A stretch of DNA of 51,836 nucleotides from the NCBI GenBank assembly GCA_031372155.1, contig JANMKS010000139.1, positions 1 through 51,836 on the forward strand. The letters run 5' to 3'. The DNA is from Sphingomonas sp. GTDB lineage: Bacteria; Pseudomonadota; Alphaproteobacteria; Sphingomonadales; Sphingomonadaceae. The position numbers and the translations under genes were made by a program. The notes under the pieces are model-generated. The model was not told the DNA's origin and searched no databases. It saw only the letters and a list, made by a program, of their open reading frames with translations. The stretch's first letter is position 1. Each line of letters starts with the position of its first letter. Shown here one piece after another: positions 9,714-17,983 of this stretch.

Positions 9714-11162
9714 ATGAGCACTGGCAAGGAAGCGGCGAAGGCGGGGACCATGCAAGAGTTGGGTAAAGCGGCGAAGAGACTTGACGCTGACGGGATCGTA
9801 TTTGGTGGCAAATACGAGATCTGCGATAATTATGCTCAAAAGGAAGCGATCCTCGCAAAGATCGACCGCGCCTTTTTGAGCGGCGTCACCACGCTGGTTG
9901 GCCCTCAGGCCGCGCGAGATGTGGAGCGCGACGGATTACGTTCTCTTCATCGTCACGTTCCCGCAGCAAAAGTGGCGCTTCTGGAGAATTATGTCAAAAG
10001 GCACGTTCGGGACGACCTGTATCGCTGGGCTTATGCCGTTGGCAGTGAGACGATTGGGCTGCCGGATCCGTTCTATGTCGACTTGCTCATCGTGATCCGC
10101 ATCCACTTCCCGCACGTCGTTGCTCGCGACGGCGGCGAGGCAGAGCCGGTCCCCTTCGACTGGCAGGAACGCGCACGCATGGTCGGTGCGGGCATTCGAA
10201 ATCCGGCCATTTTCCTGAACCAGGCCACGCGCCGCGTCCGCAAACGCAAGAAGATCGCCGACCATCGGATCGGGTACGACGCCCGTTCGTATCACGGATC
10301 GCTGCCCACGCTGGCACAGAGCCATGGGCCGCATATCGATACGTGGTATGGCCATAGCTACGACGGCTTCAACGTGTGGCTTTCGATAGATGGCGTCAAT
10401 GAAGACAACACCGTCATCCTTTACCCCGAACTGTTCGGTCACGAAGTCGATTACGACCCCAAAAGCATGTATTTGAAGACGGGCATACCGCTTCCCAAAC
10501 CGACCAAGTTTGCGATGAAGCCTGGGCAGTTATTGTTGTTCAATCCTGAAATGCTTCACGGGACACAAGTCAACATTTCGGAGGAAACGCGGGTCGCTTT
10601 GACCATGCGGATCAATCCGGGTGTGCCGCGGTTCAATGACGACGCCCCCTTCAATGCAGAGCATTGGTACTCATCGGTCGACCTCGCAAAAGGTAGGTTG
10701 ACCAAAATGCAGCTCTTCCCGGCAAACCGGTACGAGGGCACACCGTCGGTCACGTCGGTTCCCGTGCCGAGCGATGCGCGCACCGACACCCTTTGTCTGA
10801 ATGAACGTCCGCAAGGGTCCGAATTGGCTCTCGCGCCCTCGACAGCGCTGATCGAAGGGCACAAGCTCGCGATCGACGGTCCCGGCCTGAAGCTGTTTCT
10901 TGTCCGAACATCGGATGGCGTTCGCGCGTATCATCGGGCTTGCCCGCATCTGGGCATCGACCTGAAAGACGGCGCGCATGATGACACACACATTTATTGC
11001 CCGGGACATGGCATCGCCTTCGCATTGAACGACGGACGCTCTTCATGCCCCGCATTCGCGCTGCGCGAAGTTCCGGTCATCGAAAGAGACGGCCAGATCC
11101 TGATCTGTCAGCCGGGCCCGGCAAATGCCGCCGAGGCCCTAGCAGCAGCGAGTGTCGCATGA
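9714..11162 (+). CDS. Fusion: 2OG-Fe(II)/PhyH-like dioxygenase domain + C-terminal Rieske [2Fe-2S] domain
   Basis: HxD (H207-I-D, 'HIDTWYG'), 'NVWLSI', distal His ('MLH282GT') and 'TRVALTMR'. C-terminal C410-P-H412...C429-P-G-H432 Rieske ligand pattern. Confidence 0.78.
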   Translation: MSTGKEAAKAGTMQELGKAAKRLDADGIVFGGKYEICDNYAQKEAILAKIDRAFLSGVTTLVGPQAARDVERDGLRSLHRHVPAAKVALLENYVKRHVRDDLYRWAYAVGSETIGLPDPFYVDLLIVIRIHFPHVVARDGGEAEPVPFDWQERARMVGAGIRNPAIFLNQATRRVRKRKKIADHRIGYDARSYHGSLPTLAQSHGPHIDTWYGHSYDGFNVWLSIDGVNEDNTVILYPELFGHEVDYDPKSMYLKTGIPLPKPTKFAMKPGQLLLFNPEMLHGTQVNISEETRVALTMRINPGVPRFNDDAPFNAEHWYSSVDLAKGRLTKMQLFPANRYEGTPSVTSVPVPSDARTDTLCLNERPQGSELALAPSTALIEGHKLAIDGPGLKLFLVRTSDGVRAYHRACPHLGIDLKDGAHDDTHIYCPGHGIAFALNDGRSSCPAFALREVPVIERDGQILICQPGPANAAEALAAASVA

Positions 11163-12505
11163 CTGCGATTGCGCCAGCCAACGCGCGCACGTCGCCGCTT
11201 CGGGTTGCCATCGTCACAACCTTCTACCCGCCGTGCAATTTCGGTGGCGACGGCCACTATGTCAGGCGCTGGGTCCACGCCCTTGCGCGGAGAGGATGTG
11301 AAGTCGAAGTGATCTATGACGCCGATGCCTGGCGTGTCGGCATGGGAATCGTTGGGCCTAAGCGCGCGCCGCCGCCTTTGCCCGAACCCGATGGAGTGAC
11401 CGTACACCGTCTGGAAAGTGGGTGGGCGCTCGGATCGACGATACTCACCCAGCAGACTGGGCACCCCGTAATCCAACGTGCAAAGATCGAAGCCATTCTG
11501 TCGAAAGGCTTTGACGTCATCCACTATCACAACATTTCGCTCGTCGGCGGTCCCGGCGTGCTCAAGCTCGGCAGCGGGATAAAGCTATACACCGTGCACG
11601 AGCACTGGCTCGTTTGCCCAAACCACGTCCTCTGGCGACATAATCGAGAGCTTTGCGATGCGCGGGAATGCGCAAGGTGCCTCGTCGCGTTCAAGCGACC
11701 ACCGCAGGCGTGGCGCGCGACGTCGCTGCTTGACGACAGTCTTTCTCATGTCGATGCCATCATTGCGTTGAGCAAGTCCGTCGCCGAAAATCACGCGGCG
11801 TTCGGCCTGAAACAGCCCATGGTCTCAATGGCTTCATTCCTCACCGACAGGAAAGATGCTGCGACGCCCAAGGCGAAGCTACGATCGACGCGACCATATT
11901 TCCTGTTTGTCGGCCGGCTTGAAGTGATCAAAGGGCTTCAGGAAGTTATCCCGCTGTTCAACGCAGATTTTCCGGCCGATCTCGTTATCGCCGGAAGCGG
12001 GAAATATGAATCGACGCTGCGCGCGCTAGCCAAAGGGCGTGAGAACGTCCGTTTTCTGGGAAACATACCTTCCAGCGAATTGGGCAGTCTCTACGCCGAC
12101 GCCGTCGCGCTCCTCGCTCCCTCGCTATGCTACGAAGTGTTTCCCCTCGTCATCCTTGAGGCCTTCCGCGAAGGCACGCCGATTATCGCCCGCAAGCTAG
12201 GCCCCTACCCCCAAATCGTGGACGAAAGCGGAGGCGGCGTGTTGTTCCAAACCGCCGAAGAATTAGGGGCCGCGATGACTGCCTTGCTGAACGACAGCGA
12301 GAAGCGTGATCGGCTGGGCCAGGCGGGACTTTCGGCGCTGGCCGAGCGGTGGTCGGAAACGCGTGCTGTCGACGATTGGCTTGATCTTGTGCACGACATT
12401 GCCGTCAAGAATGCTCGCGTTGAAACCATCGGTCGGGTGATGACCAGTCGTGGTCTGTCGAACGTTGGCAAGGTGCAGGGCAAAATAGCGAAGGGGGCGA
12501 GATGA
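11159..12505 (+). CDS. GT4 family glycosyltransferase
   Basis: FYPP.NFGG, DVIHYHN, HEHWLVCP, FVGRLEVIKG, EVFPLVILEA (ExxxxxxxE); ATGA overlap gives start 11159. Confidence 0.9.
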   Translation: MTAIAPANARTSPLRVAIVTTFYPPCNFGGDGHYVRRWVHALARRGCEVEVIYDADAWRVGMGIVGPKRAPPPLPEPDGVTVHRLESGWALGSTILTQQTGHPVIQRAKIEAILSKGFDVIHYHNISLVGGPGVLKLGSGIKLYTVHEHWLVCPNHVLWRHNRELCDARECARCLVAFKRPPQAWRATSLLDDSLSHVDAIIALSKSVAENHAAFGLKQPMVSMASFLTDRKDAATPKAKLRSTRPYFLFVGRLEVIKGLQEVIPLFNADFPADLVIAGSGKYESTLRALAKGRENVRFLGNIPSSELGSLYADAVALLAPSLCYEVFPLVILEAFREGTPIIARKLGPYPQIVDESGGGVLFQTAEELGAAMTALLNDSEKRDRLGQAGLSALAERWSETRAVDDWLDLVHDIAVKNARVETIGRVMTSRGLSNVGKVQGKIAKGAR

Positions 12506-13212
12506 AAGTCGGTCAGAACATCGAAACCGGTAATGCGGCGTGGACGTTCGGAGGAGCGGTTGCTGACACTTTCGTCGATCATATCAAACAATCGGTTCCT
12601 TTATATGCAGAGGGACACAGTCTGATTTGCCAGTTGAGCGACTGGTTCGTCTCGGATCGCAGCACAGTGTATGAGGTCGGCGTTTCGACAGGCGAATTGA
12701 TCCGCAAGCTCGCCACTCACAACGCGCAAAAACCCGGCGCCAAGTTCATCGGCATGGACGTCGAAGCCGCGATGATTGCCAAGGCGAGAGCGCATTGTGC
12801 AGGTGTGCCGAACATCACTGTGCTTGAAGAAGACGGCCGCGTTTTCGGTTTCGAGAAGGCCGATCTGATCGTATCGTACTACACGATGCAGTTCATTCCT
12901 CCGCGCGATCGCCAGTTGCTGTTCGATAGAATCTATGAATCTCTCAATTGGGGCGGCGCGTTCATTATGTTTGAAAAGGTCCGTGCACCTGATGCCCGTT
13001 TCCAGGACATTGCGACCGGCCTGTATAACGAATTCAAGCTGGCGCAGGGGTTTGACGAGGTGGAAATCGTCGGCAAGACGCGCAGCCTGAAAGGCATTCT
13101 CGAGCCATTCTCGACACGCGGCAACTATGATCTTTTTCGCCGTGCCGGTTTTGAAGACGTCATGACAATCTCGAAGTACATCTGCTTCGAAGGCTTTCTG
13201 GCGATCAAGTGA
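12502..13212 (+). CDS. CmoA-like SAM-dependent protein (carboxy-SAM synthase homologue)
   Basis: WTFGGAVADTFVDHIKQSVPLY, EVGVSTG, TMQFIPP, GGAFIMFEK and AGF...F.GFLAIK match the CmoA pattern along the whole length. Confidence 0.75.
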   Translation: MKVGQNIETGNAAWTFGGAVADTFVDHIKQSVPLYAEGHSLICQLSDWFVSDRSTVYEVGVSTGELIRKLATHNAQKPGAKFIGMDVEAAMIAKARAHCAGVPNITVLEEDGRVFGFEKADLIVSYYTMQFIPPRDRQLLFDRIYESLNWGGAFIMFEKVRAPDARFQDIATGLYNEFKLAQGFDEVEIVGKTRSLKGILEPFSTRGNYDLFRRAGFEDVMTISKYICFEGFLAIK

Positions 13213-13215
13213 AAC

Positions 13216-14814
13216 ATGCTGAGCGAAATCGCGGATTTTGAAGACGGGCATCAGTTCGACGCAGACGTTGCAATCGTCGGAGGGGGACCTGCCGGAATTG
13301 CCCTCGCCATGCACATGTCGAAGGGGCGTCAGAAGGTTCTGCTTTTAGAAGCAGGCGGACTGTCCTTCGATGCACAGGCTCAGTCCGGGTCGACGGGTTC
13401 GCAGAGTGGATTACCCTATTTCGCGCTCGACACCAGCCGCTACCGGATGCTTGGCGGGTCGACTTTCCGTTGGGGTGCTCGTTCAGCACCCTTGAAGGCG
13501 CATGACTTTGTCGAACGCGAATGGGTTCCACACAGCGGCTGGCCCATATCCCTCGACGCCCTCGACCAATATTATGACCAGGCTTACGATCTGATCGATC
13601 TCCACCGTCCCTTCGCTTTTGACGAAGGTGTGTGGAAACAGATGAAGGTTCAGTCGCCTGCCTTCGATCTCGCGCGGTTCGACGTGAACGCGTTCCAGTT
13701 CGGACGAAACCTGCTGTTTGGTACGGTCTATCGCGATGCTCTGCGGCGGAGCGAATCCGTCCGTGTGTTGCTGGGCGCAAACGTCCTCGAAGTGCTGGCA
13801 ACGTCCAATGGCGCGCATGTGGAAGGGCTCGACGTCGGTCACGTTTCCGGCCGACGTTACAGGGTTCGGGCCAGGCATTATGTTCTCGCCGCGGGTGGAA
13901 TAGACAATGCCCGACTGCTCTTGCTCTCTACCGGTGCAAATCCGGCAGGCCTGGCAAATGGCAACGACGTCGTCGGTCGCTATTTCATGGAACATCCAAC
14001 GGTGTCGGGGGGAACATTGACGACCGATAAGCCCAATCCCTTGATAGATGCTTTTTCTCCGGGTTTGACAGAGGGCAGACTTGTCGAAGTCGGCTTGTCC
14101 TTGAAACCTGACGAGCAGCGCGCGACCGGATCGCTGAATGCAGTGGCGCGCGCAACGGTGCTGGCAGGTGACGACGCGACGCAGGCGCTGCGCGAACTAT
14201 ACCGGAACTTTCGCCACCGTCGCTTGCCGCACGATCTGAACTGGTATCAAAAAAATGCCTGGCTGACGCGGCGGCTTGCGACAATTGCCAGCGACCCTTT
14301 CAGCATCATGGCGAACTCCGTGCGCCACCTTACAGGGCGCCCGAACCGCTTCAAAATCGATTCCATTTCACTTGAATTGCGGACCGAGCAGGCTCCGAAT
14401 CGCGATAGCCGCGTCACTTTGGCAAACGAAGTCGACACTTTCGGCAAACGCCGTGCACATCTGCACTGGGCACTACTTCCGCAGGACAAGCATACGATGC
14501 AAGTCCTTGCCAGGACCGTCGCCGCCGAACTCGACCGACTGAAGATCGGAAAACTGGAAATGGCCGATTGGTTGGTCGCCGACGACGCGAGTTTTGGAAC
14601 CGATTTGGTCGGAGGTCATCACCACATGGGAACGACGCGCATGTCAGCCGACCCGCGGACCGGCACAGTCGATACTAATAGCCGCGCTCACGAAGTGAAT
14701 AATCTGTATATTGCCGGTGCGTCGGTCTTTCCAACAGCGGGTTTCGTCAATCCGACTGCTACTCTGATTGCCTTGGCTCGACGTCTGGGCGATCACCTTC
14801 AGACTTTCGGCTAG
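13216..14814 (+). CDS. GMC family FAD oxidoreductase (sugar oxidase/dehydrogenase-like)
   Basis: IVGGGPAG, LLLEAGG, LGGSTFRWG, LAAGGIDNARLLL, VGRYFMEH, HHMGTTRM, NPTATLIALA. Confidence 0.9.
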   Translation: MLSEIADFEDGHQFDADVAIVGGGPAGIALAMHMSKGRQKVLLLEAGGLSFDAQAQSGSTGSQSGLPYFALDTSRYRMLGGSTFRWGARSAPLKAHDFVEREWVPHSGWPISLDALDQYYDQAYDLIDLHRPFAFDEGVWKQMKVQSPAFDLARFDVNAFQFGRNLLFGTVYRDALRRSESVRVLLGANVLEVLATSNGAHVEGLDVGHVSGRRYRVRARHYVLAAGGIDNARLLLLSTGANPAGLANGNDVVGRYFMEHPTVSGGTLTTDKPNPLIDAFSPGLTEGRLVEVGLSLKPDEQRATGSLNAVARATVLAGDDATQALRELYRNFRHRRLPHDLNWYQKNAWLTRRLATIASDPFSIMANSVRHLTGRPNRFKIDSISLELRTEQAPNRDSRVTLANEVDTFGKRRAHLHWALLPQDKHTMQVLARTVAAELDRLKIGKLEMADWLVADDASFGTDLVGGHHHMGTTRMSADPRTGTVDTNSRAHEVNNLYIAGASVFPTAGFVNPTATLIALARRLGDHLQTFG

Positions 14815-16232
14815 TCTTCGAGCAGTGCGTAAGTCGCATCGCGGACAGTGTCGAATTTCAGCGATCCCCTGACATCGACCGATCGCGATATGATAGTGCG
14901 TCCATCAGTATCCACGCCCGATACTCGGTACCGTCCCGTTCGCAAGCCGTTGATGGTAAGCGGCATTACAGCGGTCGCATGCAACACGACGACAAGCTTT
15001 TGCCGTGGCGTGATAAAGGCGACAGCAGGCAGAGAGTTGCTGCTGCTGTCAGCACCAACGCGCATAGACCCCGAATCTACGTTCCTGAAGACAAGCGAGA
15101 GGGTTTGGGCGATAGCTGAGGGAGCCAGCTTCGGCGCGGATTGACCATCGGCAAGCACGAGCCACCCCGGCTTCGGCTGCCGACCGTCGGCAACCCAAGT
15201 GGCTATGCCATATTGCTGCCAAGACGTGGCTTGTCCGCTAACAAGATCAGCGAGCAAATCGGTGATATCGGCATCCACGTACTCGAGCATCGCGGTTCGC
15301 TTGCCGGCCTTCGACGCGGCCGACGACAACGCCCGAAGGTCGGAAGTGTCAGGCTCGCCCTCATACCGGTGATACGACACCGTGCTCAACCGTTCAGCGG
15401 CACCCGGCACGGTCCGTATCTCGCGAAAATAGCCCAGCGCGCGCTGGCCCTTCGCGGTGGACGGCGCAATCAATTCGACATTGCGAAACCCCGCTCTGTC
15501 CAGGCGGTCGCCGGTTGCAACGATCACTCTGCCGATGGCGGTGCCGTCCCAGTCATCAGTGTTATCGGGTTCGATGACAATTTCGAGACTGTCGGGTCTC
15601 AAGCCGTACTTGTCTTGCAGATGCTGGAACGTCGCGGTGACCAGTTCGGCGTATTCGGCGGGCGCCTTTGCGTGGGACAAGTCCCCCTTCACGTCCGTCC
15701 ATTTGAAATCGACATACGCCAGGTTCAGTCGAAGGCGACGACCGCGCGCCTCCACCTTCCGCTTTAAGGGAATGACGAAGGTCTCGACATGCCAGTCCAG
15801 ATCTGAAAAGTGCACGCCCGCCGCATTCAGCTTTCCCGGATCAGCGTTATCGTTGATTTTGTCGTAGAAATGGCGTCGATAGGCACCATAGCTTATCTGC
15901 CCCGACGCAAACAAACTCCAGTAATCTATCGGATTTTCCATGCCGCTTTTAATTTCCAGCCGCATTCGGTCGATGCCGATGTCGTCGGCAAGCACTTGCG
16001 CTAAACGCTCTTTCTGACCGACGACGGATCCGTCGAAGCGATCATTGGTCTTGTCGAATTCCCACGCTCGAGCCGTCACTTCCCAACCGTCAATCGTTTG
16101 ATGCCGCTCGCTCTCGTTGATGGCTAGAGTGGCCGGACCGGCGGTGCATCCGGTTGCTGCAATAGCGCCGATAGGCATCAGCACGTGGCTGATCGCCCTC
16201 CTGAACCGAGACATCGTGAGCCTATTTTCCAT
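14811..16232 (-). CDS. Secreted/lipoprotein clan GH-A (GH30-like) glycoside hydrolase
   Basis: Signal peptide with lipobox-like 'AATGC'. 'HQTIDGW' start of the barrel, putative acid/base 'IEPDN', 'SYHRY', putative nucleophile 'MLEY', beta-rich C-terminal domain. Start may be 16214. Confidence 0.6.
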   Translation of the reverse strand: MENRLTMSRFRRAISHVLMPIGAIAATGCTAGPATLAINESERHQTIDGWEVTARAWEFDKTNDRFDGSVVGQKERLAQVLADDIGIDRMRLEIKSGMENPIDYWSLFASGQISYGAYRRHFYDKINDNADPGKLNAAGVHFSDLDWHVETFVIPLKRKVEARGRRLRLNLAYVDFKWTDVKGDLSHAKAPAEYAELVTATFQHLQDKYGLRPDSLEIVIEPDNTDDWDGTAIGRVIVATGDRLDRAGFRNVELIAPSTAKGQRALGYFREIRTVPGAAERLSTVSYHRYEGEPDTSDLRALSSAASKAGKRTAMLEYVDADITDLLADLVSGQATSWQQYGIATWVADGRQPKPGWLVLADGQSAPKLAPSAIAQTLSLVFRNVDSGSMRVGADSSSNSLPAVAFITPRQKLVVVLHATAVMPLTINGLRTGRYRVSGVDTDGRTIISRSVDVRGSLKFDTVRDATYALLED

Positions 16233-16296
16233 CAGAACGCGCTATGCCCTTGGTGCTGTTCAAGAGAGATAAGCCAACTTGCACGAAAATCGCATC

Positions 16297-16315
16297 GAAG
16301 CGAGAGTCTCGCTTC
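16297..16315. promoter_or_regulatory. Perfect 9-1-9 palindrome GAAGCGAGA-G-TCTCGCTTC in a divergent intergenic region
   Basis: Seen directly; lies between the divergently transcribed GH and membrane-protein genes. Function inferred. Confidence 0.4.
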
Positions 16316-16429
16316 TGCACTGGCGCGGCTACGGTCACAGCTTGTCATGCAGCATGGGCTTCCGTAGATTTTGATTTCTCGGCACACGTGCCGTGACGTG
16401 CACATTGCCGTCTTTGGGGTCATTAACCG

Positions 16430-17938
16430 ATGGCAAGCCTTGATCGACCATTGGCCTGGCAAGTCGCGCTCCTAACGCTTCTGTTCAGCTGGCCATTGCT
16501 CCTTTTCGGGCACCCTTCACATGTCGTCGACAGCGCCAGTTACTTGAAGGGCGGCGCCGTTGCCGTTGAATTCGTTTTCAACAAGATGGGCGGAACCGAC
16601 ACATCCGTCGGGTCGCAACCCGACGGACCACGGTCCGGAGACACTGCAAAACCCGCGCCGTTCGCCGACGACAAGCCAAAGGCCGCGCGGTCGATTGTTT
16701 ACAGTGTTGCGGCCTATGTGTTGCGCTGGCCGGGCACCGACATGACGGGTCTTGCGGTGTTGCAAACGCTTTGTGCGGCGTTGATTGTTGCCACCGGCGC
16801 CCGGGTAGCGGGCATCTCGTCGGTGCGCCGGTTTGCGGTGCTTGGCGCAATCATGGCTTTCGCAACTCCCCTCGGCACGCTGTGCGCGACAATCTGCCCG
16901 GATATATTTGCCGGATTTGCCATTGCCGGCATGATGCTTTTTGCATTGGGCGGCCGGCGCATGTCTCTCGGCGTCAAATTCGGCATTGCCACGTTGATTG
17001 CCCTTTCGGTGACGACCCATGCCAGCATTCCGCCGATCGCACTCGGCATGATTGGTTTGAGCGCCATATATTGGTTTTTAGTAGTCCGCCGTTCTCGTCG
17101 GCCAAATTCCGCCGACTGGGCGTGGCTTGTGGCACCGACGCTGGCAGGAATGGCAATTACCGTGGTCGGGGGGTTCGTTGCTTTCGGAGAGGTGAGTGTC
17201 GCGGCCAAGCGCTTTCCCTTGGCGCTTAGCCGTTCAGTGGTCGATGGCCCCGCGCGGTGGTATCTGGAACGGGAATGCGTGGTTCCACGCTATGCCGTGT
17301 GCGAAGTGTTCGGCACCCGGATCCCATCTGGCACCAACGAATTTCTTTTCGATGCATCCGGGCTGAAGGGGCGTGCCACCCCTGAGCAGATGGATCGTAT
17401 CCGCGCGGAGGAAAGCGAGATCATCCTCAAGGCAGCGATGACCTATCCGGGCACGGAACTTGAAAGGATCGCCAGCAAAACCGCAAGGCAGATGTTCCGC
17501 TTTGCTCCTGAGAACACGCAATTTCGGGAACGAGTCATCGCTGACACCGACGGCGTGCCCCAGACCGTCACTGTTTTTGACACGACACCAAAGTCGATCA
17601 AGGCGCTCGAAGCCGCCACGATCGCCGGGTTGGTTGCCAGCGTGCTTTGGCTTTTGAAGAACGCCACGCGATTGCGGCGCGATGAAAGTGCCGCGCTGCT
17701 GCTGCTTCTTGGAGGTTTGGCCGGCAACGCATTTGTCTGCGTCGTTTTCTCGGCGCTGTCCGATCGCTATCAGGAGCGGGTGATCTGGCTCGTCCCGCTG
17801 CTGGTCTTCGTCATCGCATCGCGGGCAGCGGCGCGGTCGCGCCGAAGGAAATCAGTCTGGCTGGGGCGGCAGGATTCGAACCTACGAATGGCGGCATCAA
17901 AAGCCGCTGCCTTACCACTTGGCGACGCCCCAGTGTGA
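16430..17938 (+). CDS. Polytopic membrane protein, GT-C-like
   Basis: 'DSASYL' after the first TM, 'PDIFAG', large periplasmic loop, 'DRYQERVIWL' before the last TM. The last ~25 codons overlap tRNA-Gln antisense. Confidence 0.6.
   Translation: MASLDRPLAWQVALLTLLFSWPLLLFGHPSHVVDSASYLKGGAVAVEFVFNKMGGTDTSVGSQPDGPRSGDTAKPAPFADDKPKAARSIVYSVAAYVLRWPGTDMTGLAVLQTLCAALIVATGARVAGISSVRRFAVLGAIMAFATPLGTLCATICPDIFAGFAIAGMMLFALGGRRMSLGVKFGIATLIALSVTTHASIPPIALGMIGLSAIYWFLVVRRSRRPNSADWAWLVAPTLAGMAITVVGGFVAFGEVSVAAKRFPLALSRSVVDGPARWYLERECVVPRYAVCEVFGTRIPSGTNEFLFDASGLKGRATPEQMDRIRAEESEIILKAAMTYPGTELERIASKTARQMFRFAPENTQFRERVIADTDGVPQTVTVFDTTPKSIKALEAATIAGLVASVLWLLKNATRLRRDESAALLLLLGGLAGNAFVCVVFSALSDRYQERVIWLVPLLVFVIASRAAARSRRRKSVWLGRQDSNLRMAASKAAALPLGDAPV
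17858..17932 (-). tRNA. tRNA-Gln (anticodon TTG)
   Basis: Reverse complement TGGGGCGTCGCCAAGTGGTAAGGCAGCGGCTTTTGATGCCGCCATTCGTAGGTTCGAATCCTGCCGCCCCAGCCA. U1-A72 acceptor stem, GCGGC/GCCGC anticodon stem with TTG, GTTCGAATC T-loop, encoded CCA. Confidence 0.97.
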
Positions 17939-17950
17939 CAAGCGAACCGC

Positions 17951-17979
17951 GCTTTAGGGAGGGCACGGCCCCTTTGCAA
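17951..17979 (-). promoter_or_regulatory. Putative sigma70 promoter of tRNA-Gln (TTGCAA-N17-TAAAGC)
   Basis: Minus-strand -35/-10 hexamers with a 17-nt spacer, 18 nt upstream of the tRNA. Confidence 0.55.
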
Positions 17980-17983
17980 TTCG

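Noticed and set aside
11595-11682. Cys-rich segment in the GT4 (CPNH...CDARECARC) as a novel metal-binding insert
   Set aside because: An H(D/E)xWxxCP plus Cys cluster is common in this GT4 subgroup.
12601-13314. 237-aa antisense ORF, representative of many long shadow ORFs (e.g. 17811-18524, 24652-25573, 32984-33994, 34852-35937, 37587-38537)
   Set aside because: They overlap well-supported genes, are Arg/Ala/Pro-rich with no motifs, and are expected in high-GC DNA.
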